Below are positions 21,601 through 31,500 of a stretch of 64,000 nucleotides of DNA, in pieces. The DNA lies in assembly GCA_963422375.2 (NCBI GenBank), contig OY729427.2, forward strand, positions 640,001 through 704,000, written 5' to 3'. Under the pieces are notes generated by a model. The model saw nothing but the letters and a program-made list of their open reading frames with translations. It was not told where the DNA came from and ran no database searches. A program made the position numbers and the translations under genes. Each line of letters begins with the position of its first letter. Position 1 is the stretch's first letter. Origin of the DNA: Bryobacterales bacterium. Lineage in GTDB: Bacteria; Acidobacteriota; Terriglobia; Bryobacterales; UBA6623.

Positions 21601-22311
21601 GGAGCCCTCGCGAGATCGTTGCGGCTCAACATCAACAACGCCGAGGCGCACAAGATGCTCGGCCGGACGCTGATGATCATCGGGCGCTTCGACCATGCGC
21701 GGACCGAGTTCGAGCAGGCGGCCCGCCTCAGCCCCGAATCCGCCGAGATCCGCTACAACCTGGGCAAGCTCCACTCCGCGCAGGACAACTTCCCGGCCGC
21801 CCGCCGCGAGTTCGAGCGCGCGCTGCGCCTCGACCCTTCGTACATGGAGGCCCACAACGCGCTCGGTTTCGCGCTGGAATCGATGAACGCCAACGCGGAA
21901 GCCGTGGACAGCTACCGCAAGTCGCTCGCGATCAGCGAGGAGCGCGCCGCCGCCTTCATCTCTCCCTACGTCAATCTCGCCGCTCACTACAATCGCCTTA
22001 ACGATCCATCGAAGGCCCTCGGGTATGCGTCCGAGGCGCTGGAGATCAACCCCCGGTCCGACCTGGCGCTTTTCCAGGCCGCCAAGGCGTTCCGAGCCCT
22101 CAAGCAGTGGAGCCAGGCGGTGGACCACCTCGAGCGCGCAGTCTCCGTCAACGCTCGCGTATCGCGCTATCACTATGTGCTCGGCCTGCTCTACAGGCGC
22201 TTGGGAGAAGGCTCGAAGAGTCGCGAGTCGTTCGGTGTGTTCGAGCGCCTCGAGAAAGAGGCGACAACATTGGAGGCCAAGCGTCGCGCAGCGAATGCCG
22301 ACCGCCAGTAG
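18625..22311 (+). CDS. Very large tetratricopeptide repeat protein (about 1200 aa)
   Basis: More than 20 TPR-like units (AHNSLG, ALNNLG, ARYQLG, AHNALG); signal-peptide-like N-terminus. Confidence 0.9.
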   Translation: MRTARDLPRTRNAFAPRRQARLTRGLASLALWWAIAPAVAQDRPSDHYLRGIRLLEQELWDPAIYEFHEALKQAPDEAATHIAMGVALSNKGAADLAVGAFRNAAELQPESTEARFNLGLALRNAGLADQAIKELEQSIRLDPTLEQGRFELGLLLQGEGLWERSTEVFEQILERNPAAAMAHHWVGVAYQQREDFGKAIASFRSAIEIEPSLVRAHNSLGTLLAETGSMEAAVESFRTALELQPGSADIRMNLGVALRTVGEGEAAVRQFQEILAAGAVGFATEGPGPDFFAEVQHQVGQTLRGRDPAGAAEAYEKALELNPEKLESYYGLGQALKRLAARSRGGPQVRSAEVGAVRIARARSAASSGDLAAARSELEQALEAAPEFAPAHSLLGFVLGQQGDLEGSVQRLREAISLSPRFAEPRYHLGLALWYQGRRTEATAELEEALRLDPAMAEACAFLGMAYREQRRDDDARRYLQRAIALKREMPGPYVDLGVVFLRERRGDWALGQFEAALNLPRSAGAIPDLDVPITALRAELRRNPNSAQAHNVLGRLLGRAGADPQEVAKAFREAVRLRPEFPEALNNLGLVLTQTDRTEEALAAFREAVRIRPDFAQARANLGGALVIVDEDEAVRELEAALDINPGLVNAHYNLSRAHSQKADREREIKHLRKALSLDPGFAKAHLFLGRALVAERRIDEAVEHFERALELDPGLGEARYQLGLALVRVGRREEAQEHLRASRPLISERQQGETATVLMRQAREALGRGAAGEAVDKLRQVVSLAPGYLDAQLALGEALARIGEDKASAGTFRRALELRPDSYSAFLGLGRALQSAGRPEEAASAFRTAVKLRPSSTEALELEAQALLESGNEAGALESFREVTKLDPENQSAREQLGRIARLRQERRRTELLASLIEPGAPRLASPDILGTDMDDPAFVRMVESEMRAESYSQTETRLRQYLQDNPDSWWGHYALGYACFAQRKIGESVGALARSLRLNINNAEAHKMLGRTLMIIGRFDHARTEFEQAARLSPESAEIRYNLGKLHSAQDNFPAARREFERALRLDPSYMEAHNALGFALESMNANAEAVDSYRKSLAISEERAAAFISPYVNLAAHYNRLNDPSKALGYASEALEINPRSDLALFQAAKAFRALKQWSQAVDHLERAVSVNARVSRYHYVLGLLYRRLGEGSKSRESFGVFERLEKEATTLEAKRRAANADRQ

Positions 22312-22356
22312 GGCCCGAGGCAGGCGGGAGCGGCGAGCGACCGCTCCGGCACGCGG

Positions 22357-24234
22357 CTAGCCCGTTGCCAGCGCGGCCTCGAGGGTCTCGAGATCCCCGC
22401 CCTCCGTGATCCGGATCACGCGATTGCCCCGGACGGACTCAAAGGACTGAGCGGCGCCCGACGGCCAGCGCACTTCGACCAGATCAGCCAGGGCGGCGCT
22501 TCCGAGCCCGAAATGGAGCCGCAAGTCGTTCTGCGAGTAATAGCTCGAACCGCTCATCACTTCGTCCACCTGCACGCGCCTCCCGGTCGTCACCCGCACC
22601 CGCGCGCCTATGGCCGACCGGTTCGAAGTCGTTCCGACGCACTTGACCGCCAGCCAGCCGTTGGCGTTGCGGCACTCGTTGCGTAGTAGCGACGGCGAGT
22701 CGTCGAGGTTGTTGACGACGATGTCGACGCGACCGTCGTTGTCGAAGTCGCCGAAGGCGCAGCCCCGGCTCACGCGCGGAACGGTAATCCCGGGGCCAGC
22801 GCTATCGGAGACATCCTGAAAGCGGCCGTTGCCGCGATTCCGATACAGGATCTTGCGCTGCTTGTAAGTGACGTGGAGGTCGCTGCCGACAATGGCCGGA
22901 TACACATGCCCGTTTGCGAGGAAGATGTCCTTCCAGCCATCGTTGTCGAAGTCGAAGAAGCCCGCGCCGAAGCCGAGGAACTTGGTGTTGACTCCCAAGC
23001 CGGCTTCCAGGCTCGCGTCGTAGAAGGTGCCGTCCCCGTTGTTGCGGTAGAGCGTCGTGACTTGGTCGGAAAAGTTCGTGCGGACAATGTCGAGCCAGCC
23101 GTCCCCGTCGCAGTCCGCGATTCCGACTCCCATGCCGGCCATGGCGGCTCCGTCCTCGTTGAAAGCGCAGCCGGCGGCCACGCCGACCTCGTTGAATGTG
23201 CCGTCGCGATTGTTTCTGTACAGCAGGCTGGGGGCGGTGTCGCACGCGACGTAGATGTCGGGCCAGCCGTCGTTGTCGAGGTCGGCCGCCGCCGCGCCCA
23301 TCCCGTAGGAACCCACGGGGCGCCAATCCGCCTTGGTGAACGCCGGCTCGGCCGGCCCGCGCGGGTCGGCAATCCCGGCGGCTTCCGACACGTCCTCGAA
23401 CCGACCGCCACCTAGGTTGCGGTAGAGGATGTTCGTCCCCCCGCCGAAGCCTTGCGGACCGCAGGCGACCGGCATGCCGCTGTACCAGCAGGGGTCCGCA
23501 CCGCCGGGCTCGGGGGATACCGCGGGATCGTAGTTGACGTAGTTGGCGACAAACAGGTCCAGCAGCCCGTCGCGGTCGTAGTCCAGGAAGCAGCAGGCCG
23601 CCCCCCAGCGACGCCCGTCACCTGCTACGCCGGCGTCCTCGGAGACGTCGTCGAACGTCCCGTCGCCGTTGTTGCGGTACAGCACGTTCCTGCCCCAGTA
23701 GGTGACGAACAGATCGTCGAATCCGTCGTTGTCGAAGTCGCCGACGCAGCAGCCCTGACCCCATCCCGAATGCGTCAGGCCGGCCTCGCGGGTAACGTCA
23801 GTGAACGTCCCGTCCCGGTTGTTGCGGAACAGGTAGCTAGTCGGACGGTCGCCCTCGGCGATGCCGTCAAAGGAGGTTCCGTTCACCAGGAAAATGTCCA
23901 GCCAGCCGTCGTGGTCGTAGTCGAAGAAGGCCACGCCGCAGCCCATTTCCTCCAGCAGGTATTCCTTTTCCGTGGGGTCGCCTGACACGTTGACCGCGCC
24001 GCCGAGACCGGCGGCGCCGGCAATGTCGGTGAAGCGAATCGCGCCGCCGGCCGGAGCGGAAGCAAAGGCCCGGCCTGGCTGGCCAAGTGCTTCCTCCAGC
24101 ACTCCCGCGGCCGGGTGGCCGGGCAGAAGGCTCGCGAGGTAGGCGCCGGACGCCCCGAGGCCCGTGCGCCGGAACACGCGCAGGAATTCCCTGCGGGAGC
24201 GACGTGAGCTGCGACTAGTTCTCGGGAAGAGCAT
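22357..24234 (-). CDS. CRTAC1 family protein (FG-GAP repeats + ASPIC/UnbV), Tat-like leader
   Basis: SRREFL; repeated DYD.DG.LD and LYRNN.DGTF; NRSAIGARV, SYYSQNDLRLHFGLG, VRWPSG. Confidence 0.92.
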   Translation of the reverse strand: MLFPRTSRSSRRSRREFLRVFRRTGLGASGAYLASLLPGHPAAGVLEEALGQPGRAFASAPAGGAIRFTDIAGAAGLGGAVNVSGDPTEKEYLLEEMGCGVAFFDYDHDGWLDIFLVNGTSFDGIAEGDRPTSYLFRNNRDGTFTDVTREAGLTHSGWGQGCCVGDFDNDGFDDLFVTYWGRNVLYRNNGDGTFDDVSEDAGVAGDGRRWGAACCFLDYDRDGLLDLFVANYVNYDPAVSPEPGGADPCWYSGMPVACGPQGFGGGTNILYRNLGGGRFEDVSEAAGIADPRGPAEPAFTKADWRPVGSYGMGAAAADLDNDGWPDIYVACDTAPSLLYRNNRDGTFNEVGVAAGCAFNEDGAAMAGMGVGIADCDGDGWLDIVRTNFSDQVTTLYRNNGDGTFYDASLEAGLGVNTKFLGFGAGFFDFDNDGWKDIFLANGHVYPAIVGSDLHVTYKQRKILYRNRGNGRFQDVSDSAGPGITVPRVSRGCAFGDFDNDGRVDIVVNNLDDSPSLLRNECRNANGWLAVKCVGTTSNRSAIGARVRVTTGRRVQVDEVMSGSSYYSQNDLRLHFGLGSAALADLVEVRWPSGAAQSFESVRGNRVIRITEGGDLETLEAALATG

Positions 24235-24733
24235 GATCAGGCCGCGAGCGCAATGAGTTCAAACGCGTGCGCGAATGACAGCCTCCCCGGATCCTCCGTC
24301 CCGTGGGGACTCTAGGGAACGCCGCACCGGCCCCGCGGGATTCGGAAGCGGGCATGGACGGCCTGCCGAGGATACCGGCTCTCCCATCGAATTCGCATCA
24401 TTATAGGTGCCGCCCTCGGGCACGGCCTGCACTGCCGACCTTCCCAGCGTCGGGTTCCGACGCAAGCCCGCGGAGCGTTCGACTGTCCGGCTCCGCCCGC
24501 CCGGGAGCGCCAGCGGCGGGCTCCCCCAAGGCCCGGTCGGCGCTGCGAGGCCCGCCTCGAACTTCTGGCGCGCGGCGCCATGTTCGCGGCGCAGATCATT
24601 CGGAATTCTGGCCAGTGCTCCCGCTCGCGAGACGCCCCGCAAGCCCCGCATTCCCCGCCCGCAGGCGTTTCGGAAGCAGATTTGGCGGCCATCGAGGGCC
24701 CAGAAACTGGATCCATGGGCCTGCGCCGCATTC

Positions 24734-24751
24734 GTGAATAATGCGGGCTAG
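24734..24751. mobile_element. Solo IS1380-like terminal sequence followed by CTAG
   Basis: GTGAATAATGCGGG-CTAG closely resembles ATGAATTATCCGGG-CTAG at the end of the IS1380 remnant (38751-38768). Confidence 0.5.
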
Positions 24752-24860
24752 GTGTCCCTGCCGTCCGGCACGATCGTTCAAGGCACCAAGCTGCCCCTGA
24801 CCTTGTGGTTCCGCGCCATCTACCTGCTGGCGCAGGCGAAGAACGAATCCAGCGCCCAGC
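24752..24860 (+). pseudogene. Small IS1595 transposase fragment
   Basis: Translates as SLPSGTIVQGTKLPLTLWFRAIYLLAQAKN, similar to SLVAGTILAATKLPLTVRFLAIHLLTQ in the 10.2-kb element. Confidence 0.7.
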
Positions 24861-24876
24861 CAAGGCTGGCAAAGGC

Positions 24877-26587
24877 CAGCGGTTCTAAATTTGGCCGTCA
24901 AGGGGGTGCGTGAAGGTTGTTTCGGAGGATGAGGTGAATAAGTTGACCGAGAGGTTGCGCTCCTGAGGCCGCCCCGCGGGAGCGTCGGACGGCGGGCAGG
25001 GTCGTGGCGCGGGTCCGCCGAGTGCCGAGCCCGCGGCCGGACGCACTCCGGCGGTAGCCGGCTGCGACGGTCGGCCGCTCGCCGGACGCTGCCGGCACGA
25101 AACTGCGCGGAGTCCAGGCCCCGGCTGCCCGGCTGCCTGGCAGCCCGGGGGCGCGCGTCCGTCGCGCACCGCCGCCAGCAGCGTCGGCCGGTCCGGGAAG
25201 CGGAACCAGCGCGGCGCGACCTGCAGCTCCTGGAACAGCTCCTGGAACAGGGCGCGGCGCGTGACCGGCTGGCGCCGGCACTGCTGCCGCAGCGCGCAGA
25301 CGCACTGCACCACGGCGTGGAGCGCGAAGGCGAACGGGTTCGGCACGGCCGGCACGTTGGCCGGCCCTTCCTTGCCGTGCCCGAAGTTGCGCTTGCAGTT
25401 GCGGCCGTGCCGCGCCAGGCAGTTGCAGCCCTCGTTCTCGATCTTCCAGCGCGCCCGGCCGGCCCGCGCGATCCGCTCCGCGTTGTCCGCGGTGACCGCG
25501 AGACCTGTGAAGAAGCTGTTGGCGCAGGTGCGCTTGCCGTCGCGCTCCACGGCGTACTCGATCCAAGTGCCCCGCAGGACGTCGCGGCCCTTGCGCAGGG
25601 GCGCCGCGGCCGTCCGGCGGAAACGGTGCCGCTCGGACCGCTTGCCCTTCCCGCGCCGCTCGCCCGCCGGCTCTCCGGCACCTCGTGCAAGTGCTTGCGG
25701 GATCCGGGCTTGCATGCCCGGATGTAGTCCATGCCGGCCGCCGCGGCGGCCTCGCAGACCGGCTGGCAGCAGTACAGGTCGTCCCCCAGCAGGACGGGGC
25801 GGCAGGCCTGCAGCCAGGCGCCGCGAGCGGCGAGCCAGCGCTTGGCGGCGTTGCGCTGGCAGTCCCGCTTGCGCTCGTCCTCGCTCATGTCGGCGCGGGT
25901 CGCGGCCGCGTCCCGCTGCGGGCACGCGAACTCGGGCATCAGCGGCAGGACGGTGGCGTGGCCGTCGGCCACCGCGGTGGCCGAAGGCCACGGCGTGGAA
26001 GTGATGCGGCCGGCGCTCGCTGCCGACGCGCCGCACCGAGCACTGCGGGCACTGCGGGCCATGCACCCTGTCGGAGCGGTGGAACCGGACGCCGTCCGGA
26101 GCCGCCGGCAGGCGCTCGTCGAGGCGCTGGAAGGGCTCGAGCGCGCCCTGCGCGGCCACGGTTGCGAGGCACGGCCGGAACAGCGGGTCGAACGCGGCCG
26201 GGTCGAGGTCGTCGAGCAAGTTGCGGATCCGGTTGTCGCAGGGGATGCGGCCCGCGCCGAACAGGGTCCGGCAGTTGCAGCGCGAGCCGTCCCGCTCCAT
26301 GCGCCGCTGGAACGCGAGCAACGACTCGCACCGGGCGAAGAAGCAGGCCGGGGCGCAACCGGCGGCGTCGCTGACCTCGTAGCGCTTGTTGCGGCGACCC
26401 GCGCGCCAGTCGGGCAGGCCGGCGGCCGTCTCGCGGAAGGCGCTCAGCAGCGAGTCCAGGACATGGGGCATGCACCCTAGCTCACAAATTCCGCAAGGAC
26501 CGCAAGGAAAAGTCAAGTGCCAGACTGCCTTCGACACCTTTCTCAGACACTCTGGAAATCCCAAAATGCCCAAATTGAGAATCGCTG
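24877..26587 (-). mobile_element. ISNCY-like DDE insertion sequence with frameshifted transposase
   Basis: TIRs CAGCGGTTCTAAATTTGG / CCAAATTGAGAATCGCTG (16 of 18 match); exact 9-bp TSD GGCAAAGGC; IPCDNRIRNLLD, LLGDDLYCCQP, GRARWKIENE..N, NFGHG in several frames. Confidence 0.88.
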
Positions 26588-26882
26588 GGCAAAGGCAGAC
26601 TACCGGTCCGTAGCGCGGGACCGCGCAGTCGATGCTCAGCCGCCGGGTCCAGAGGGTCTAGCCCTTTCGGCCGGAGCGAACCTGCGGCCGTCGAATCGCG
26701 GTGAGACGACGACGCGGCCGAGCGTGAAAGCCGTGCCCGCAGCAGGAGCGCCACGATCTCGCTCGAGCGAGATGTCCCGAGCGCAAGCCTTTCGGGACCG
26801 CCGCAGGGAGTCCGTGTCCCAGTGATCGGAAGCCGGCTGCCGGATGCAAGAAACGGTCATATGCTGGGTCTGTTGTCGGCGA

Positions 26883-27542
26883 ATGGACGGGTTTCTGCTC
26901 ACCCTTGGCGGCCTTGGCCTGTTCGCAGCGCGCGACGCCAAGGGGCTGGCATGGAATTCGGGTCCGGGGCTGCGCGCCCTCTACGCGGTGGTCTTCCTGG
27001 CGGTCGGCGCAGCGCTAGGCTCCGTCGCCGAACAGGTTTCCGGGGACGAAGCGCAGGCCATGCTGAGGAACGCCTGCCTGTGGGGGCCGTCGCTCGGAAT
27101 TCATGCGTTGCTGTGGATAGCATTCCAGCGAGCGAAGCAGGCCCGGCGCGGAGCCCGCTGGCCGACCGGGCTCTTCGTGCTGCCGGCGCCCGTCTCCCTG
27201 TATTCGCTCGGAGGCGGTGTGTGGGTGACCCTGCAGCGGACCAATCTCACCGGAATCGCGGCCGGAGCACTCGTCGCAGGCCTGTTTGTCGCGTCCGTAC
27301 TGGTTGCCGCCTGGCTCGGCAACTCGCCCCCGAGGCTCGCAACGAACGGGAGAGCCGCTCTCGAATGGGGCGCTGCGGCGAACCTGGCAGCGTTCCTCCT
27401 GATCCCCCTCCAACAGGAGTCCAGGGCAAGCGGACTGCTAGCCCCCCCGGTGAACTGGTCGCGGACGGCCGTTGCGTGGTTCATCGTGCTGGCACTGGTA
27501 GGTGCCTCGTTCGGATTCAACCGGATACGTCGCGCGAGTTGA
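26883..27542 (+). CDS. Polytopic membrane protein, first gene of the CobN-like operon (position and topology suggest HmuT-like)
   Basis: About 6-7 hydrophobic segments; 12 bp upstream of the ExbB gene. Confidence 0.65.
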   Translation: MDGFLLTLGGLGLFAARDAKGLAWNSGPGLRALYAVVFLAVGAALGSVAEQVSGDEAQAMLRNACLWGPSLGIHALLWIAFQRAKQARRGARWPTGLFVLPAPVSLYSLGGGVWVTLQRTNLTGIAAGALVAGLFVASVLVAAWLGNSPPRLATNGRAALEWGAAANLAAFLLIPLQQESRASGLLAPPVNWSRTAVAWFIVLALVGASFGFNRIRRAS

Positions 27543-27554
27543 GGAAGCGAATTC

Positions 27555-28199
27555 GTGGAACAGCTCTCGGACATTCTCTACTCGCTGTCGGATGCCTTCC
27601 TGATCCCCACACTGGCGGGTGTCCTGGCGCTGTTCGTGACAGCGACCTATCTGGTCGGCCAGTGCCTGTCCGAAGCTCTCGATCGCCGCTCCACGCGGGC
27701 AGCACTCGATCGCCTTCGCAGGGAGGGCACGGAACTGGACCGGTTCCTTCAAATGGAATGGCGTGGCCTGTTCGCCCGCCTGAAGGAAGCGCTGGTCTCG
27801 TATCCGCTCGCGAGCCAGTTCGCCGACAAGGCTGTCGCGGACATCGAGAATGCCTTGCGGGCTCGCGTCGAGCGAATATCGATTCTCTCTCGAACGGGTC
27901 CGATCCTCGGGCTGGTCGGGACTTTGATTCCGCTGCAGCCGGCCCTCGCGGGACTGGCGGAAGGAAACATGCAGCAGATGGCGGCCAACCTGCTGATCGG
28001 ATTCACTTCCACGGTGACCGGCCTGCTCGCCGGCGGGACGGCATTCGCCGTGGGGGTGCTCGCCCGGACGTGGGCGCGCGCCGACATCGTGGAGATGCGC
28101 TTCTTGGTCGAGCTGTGGCGCAGGCGGGAGGAGGCCCGATTTGAAGACACCGATGCCGAGAACCAAGTCCGAGGCTCAGAACTGGAACCTGTCCTCTGA
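27555..28199 (+). CDS. MotA/TolQ/ExbB proton-channel family protein
   Basis: RTGPILGLVGTLIPL..AL..LA.GN...MA.NL..GF..TV.GL. Confidence 0.9.
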   Translation: MEQLSDILYSLSDAFLIPTLAGVLALFVTATYLVGQCLSEALDRRSTRAALDRLRREGTELDRFLQMEWRGLFARLKEALVSYPLASQFADKAVADIENALRARVERISILSRTGPILGLVGTLIPLQPALAGLAEGNMQQMAANLLIGFTSTVTGLLAGGTAFAVGVLARTWARADIVEMRFLVELWRRREEARFEDTDAENQVRGSELEPVL

Positions 28200-28542
28200 T
28201 CCATTCGCCGACGGCACCGATGACGGGGACCCGCTAGCCGGCGTTGTCAACCTGTTCGACGCTTCGATGGTCTTGGTCGTGGCCTTGCTGCTTGCCCTTG
28301 CCGGGACCAAGAGCCTGGCGGAGGTGGCGGCCAGGATGAGCCAGGAGGACATCACCATCGTGACGAATCCCGGAGCGCCGGACATGGAAATGATCATCAA
28401 GCGAGGCCCGCGAATCGAGAGGCTCAAGGCCTCGGAGGACGTCGGCGCCGGCCGGGGCACCCGGCTCGGGACGGCATATCGGCTCGCGAGCGGAGAGGTT
28501 GTCTATGTTCCCGAAGGCCGTGCGGGCGGAGGCGAGCAGTGA
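28153..28542 (+). CDS. DUF2149 family protein
   Basis: DPLAGVVNLFDASMV, IVTNPG..DME.I.K.G..IE, GTRLGTAYRL..GEVVYVPE. Confidence 0.88.
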   Translation: MPRTKSEAQNWNLSSDPFADGTDDGDPLAGVVNLFDASMVLVVALLLALAGTKSLAEVAARMSQEDITIVTNPGAPDMEMIIKRGPRIERLKASEDVGAGRGTRLGTAYRLASGEVVYVPEGRAGGGEQ

Positions 28543-31500
28543 GGACCGGTATCCGACGAAGACTCGTGCGGTGGCTGGGAGCCCTCGCGGCCGTGCTGTT
28601 TCTGACGGGGGGCTATGTCTACCACGCGATGATGCCGCGAATCCTCTTCCTTGGCATCCCGCCGTCCCAGCTGTTCCTGCTCGCGGATGCCTCCGACGCG
28701 ACCGGCATCAAGTTCTGGTTCTGGTCTCGCGAGAAGATGGACGACCAGGACCTGGAGTCAGCCGATTTCTCGCGTTACAAGGCCATTTTCGTATCGAGCC
28801 GCAGGATGGACCCACTGACGCACGCCGTCCGAGGCGGCCTCAAGGAGGCCGCGGACAACGGGGCGGCCGTGTTCTTCCTTCCAGCCGACACGCAGGACCG
28901 CTTCCAGGCCACGCACGCCGACCCGGCCCATGTCGAGCAGGTCAGCGCGTACTGGGAGCACAGCGGTCCCGAGAACATCGCCAATCTGTTTCGCTTCGTG
29001 GCGAGCCGGTACCTCGGCGACGACCTGGACTTCGAGGGGCCGGAGAAGACACCGGAGGACGGCTACTACCACCCCGAAGCCCCTGATCTGATGACTTCGA
29101 CCGCGCAATTCGAGGACTGGTGCCGCGCGACTGGCAGGTGCAGGCAAGGGGCCCCGCGAGTCCTGCTGGACTTCGCGGACGGCTGGCGCTTGGGCATGAC
29201 CGTCGGCACAAGCGCCCTGCTCAAGGCATTCGAGACGCGAGGCGCAAGTGTCGCCGCAGTGTTCGGCTCGTCGAAGACGCCCCAGTTCGTGCGCGAGTTC
29301 CGGCCGGACCTCCTGATCTCGCGCCGCCATGGTCGCTGGCACCAAGGCGCGCGCGGCGTTGCATTGCTTGAGAACGAGTTCGACATCCCCGTCATGCGCG
29401 GGGCTTCCCTGCTCTTCAGCGGCGAGACGTTCGAGGACTACCGGCAGACCAAGAACGGCCTGCGCGGAGTCGGCCTGGCCATGGGAGCGATCATCCCGGA
29501 ACTCGACGGCGCCATCGAGCCGACGCTGATCGAGGGCATGCTGGCCGGATGGACAGGCAGGCGGTTCGAGGCCGTGGAGACGGAGCGCATCGACCGCCTG
29601 GCCGATCGCGCGATGCGATGGATAGGCCTGCGCGCCAAGCCCAACGCGGAGAAGAGAGTCGCCATCGTCTATGTAGCCGGAATCGGGAAGGGCAGGATCA
29701 CGGCGGCGAGCCTGAACGTTCCACGCAGCCTGATCCGCTTCCTGGAAGCGCTGCGCGGGGCAGGCTACCAAGTGGACGGACTGCCCCGGGACGCCGATGC
29801 ACTGGTCGCCGAGATGCTCCGCAAGGGACGCAACATCAGCGAGATCCAGCTGGGAGAGATCGAGGAGCTGGCACGCAGCGAGGACGTGACCTTGATCGAC
29901 CAGCAGCGCTATGCCGAATGGTTCGAGACGCTGCCCGCAGCGCTGCGGGCGGAGGTCGTCGCGGCGTCGGGGCCGCCGCCCGGGCGCTTCATGACGATCG
30001 AGCGGGACGGGCGGCGGTGGTTCGTCATTCCGAAGCTGGTGTTCGGCAACGTCATCCTGATGCCGCAGCCGGCTCGGGGAGCCAACATGGATGCCCGGCT
30101 GCAGCACAACGACCGCGTTCCGCCCAACCACCAGTACCTAGCGGCCTACTGGTGGCTCCAGCACGAGTTCAAGGCGGATGCACTCGTCAATTACGGGACG
30201 CACGGCACGCACGAGTTCCTGCCGGGGCGGCCGTTCGGGCAGCTCGCCGACGACTGGTCCGACATAACGCTCGGCCGCATGCCGAATATCTACGTCTACA
30301 TCATGGACAATGTCGGCGAGGCCCTGATCGCCAAGAGGCGCGGCTCGGCCGTAATCGTCGATCACCAGGTTCCGCCCATCGGAGCTGCGGCGCTGTCCGA
30401 ATCCGACCCGGAAATCGGGGAGATCTACCGCGCAGCCGAGCAGTTCGCAGGCCAGGAGGACGGGGGCGTCAAGGAGCGCCTGCGGGCGCAGATCCGCGAA
30501 CTCGGCCAGGCACGCAGGCTCGACGAGGACCTGGGCTTCGACTGGTCCTCGGACCTGCCGACCGACGACCAGGTCGCCGAGCTCGAGCTCCATATCCACC
30601 TGATAAACGACGACAGGATCCCGCTGGGCCTGCATGTCCATTCTGTGAGCAACAGCGCCGACGAGGCGGCGCACCTGATCGCCTCGATGCTCGGCGACGA
30701 ATATGTCCGCCGCGTAGCGCGGCAGGAATTCGGCCTTCGGCAGGAAGGGGGCACTCTCTGGGAGAAGGCCCGGGCGCGGGCGGTCAGCCACGTCCAGTCC
30801 GCCCTGGCCGGAGGGCCCGTGGCGGCTGCGCTCGTCCCGGATCTCGAGCGCGCTCGCACGCTGCATGCGGCACTGGAGAAGACGGCGCGCGAGATTCCGC
30901 AGACACTGCACGCGCTGGAAGGGGGCTATGTCCCGCCCGGCGCAGGAGGCGATCCGGTACGCAACCCCGGCGCGCTTCCCACCGCTCGCAACCTCTACGG
31001 AATCAATCCCCAGGAGGTTCCGACCAAGGCCGCCTGGGAGATTGGCGTCGAACTTGCTAGGGATCTGCTCGAGGCCGAGAAGCAACGCCTTGGAAGATAC
31101 CCGCGCAAGATCGGCGTCACGCTCTGGAACACGGAGCTGATCCGGCACTACGGTACCGACCTCGCGCAAATCCTCTATCTCATCGGCGTGCGTCCGGTCT
31201 GGGATCACAGGGGCATCGTCGCGGACCTCGAGCTGATACCGGCCAAGCGGCTCGGACGTCCGCGCATCGATGTCGTCATCCAGGCCGCCTCGCTGTTCCG
31301 CGACACCTTCCCGGACCGCATGGAGTTTCTCGACCGGGCCGTCAGGCTCGCCCTCACCGCACAGGACGGCGACAACTACATCGCCGATCACGTCGCGGAA
31401 ACCCAGCTGGCACTCAAGGAGATCGGTCTCTCCCCAGACGATGCCCGCTTGTACGCGGCTGCCCGGGTCTTCAGCAACAACGTCGGCGGATACGGCACGG

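Noticed and set aside
26597..26882. Cobalamin riboswitch or Fur box upstream of the CobN-like operon
   Set aside because: No B12-box-like or GATAATGATAATCATTATC-like sequence was recognisable by eye; an Rfam scan would be needed to be sure
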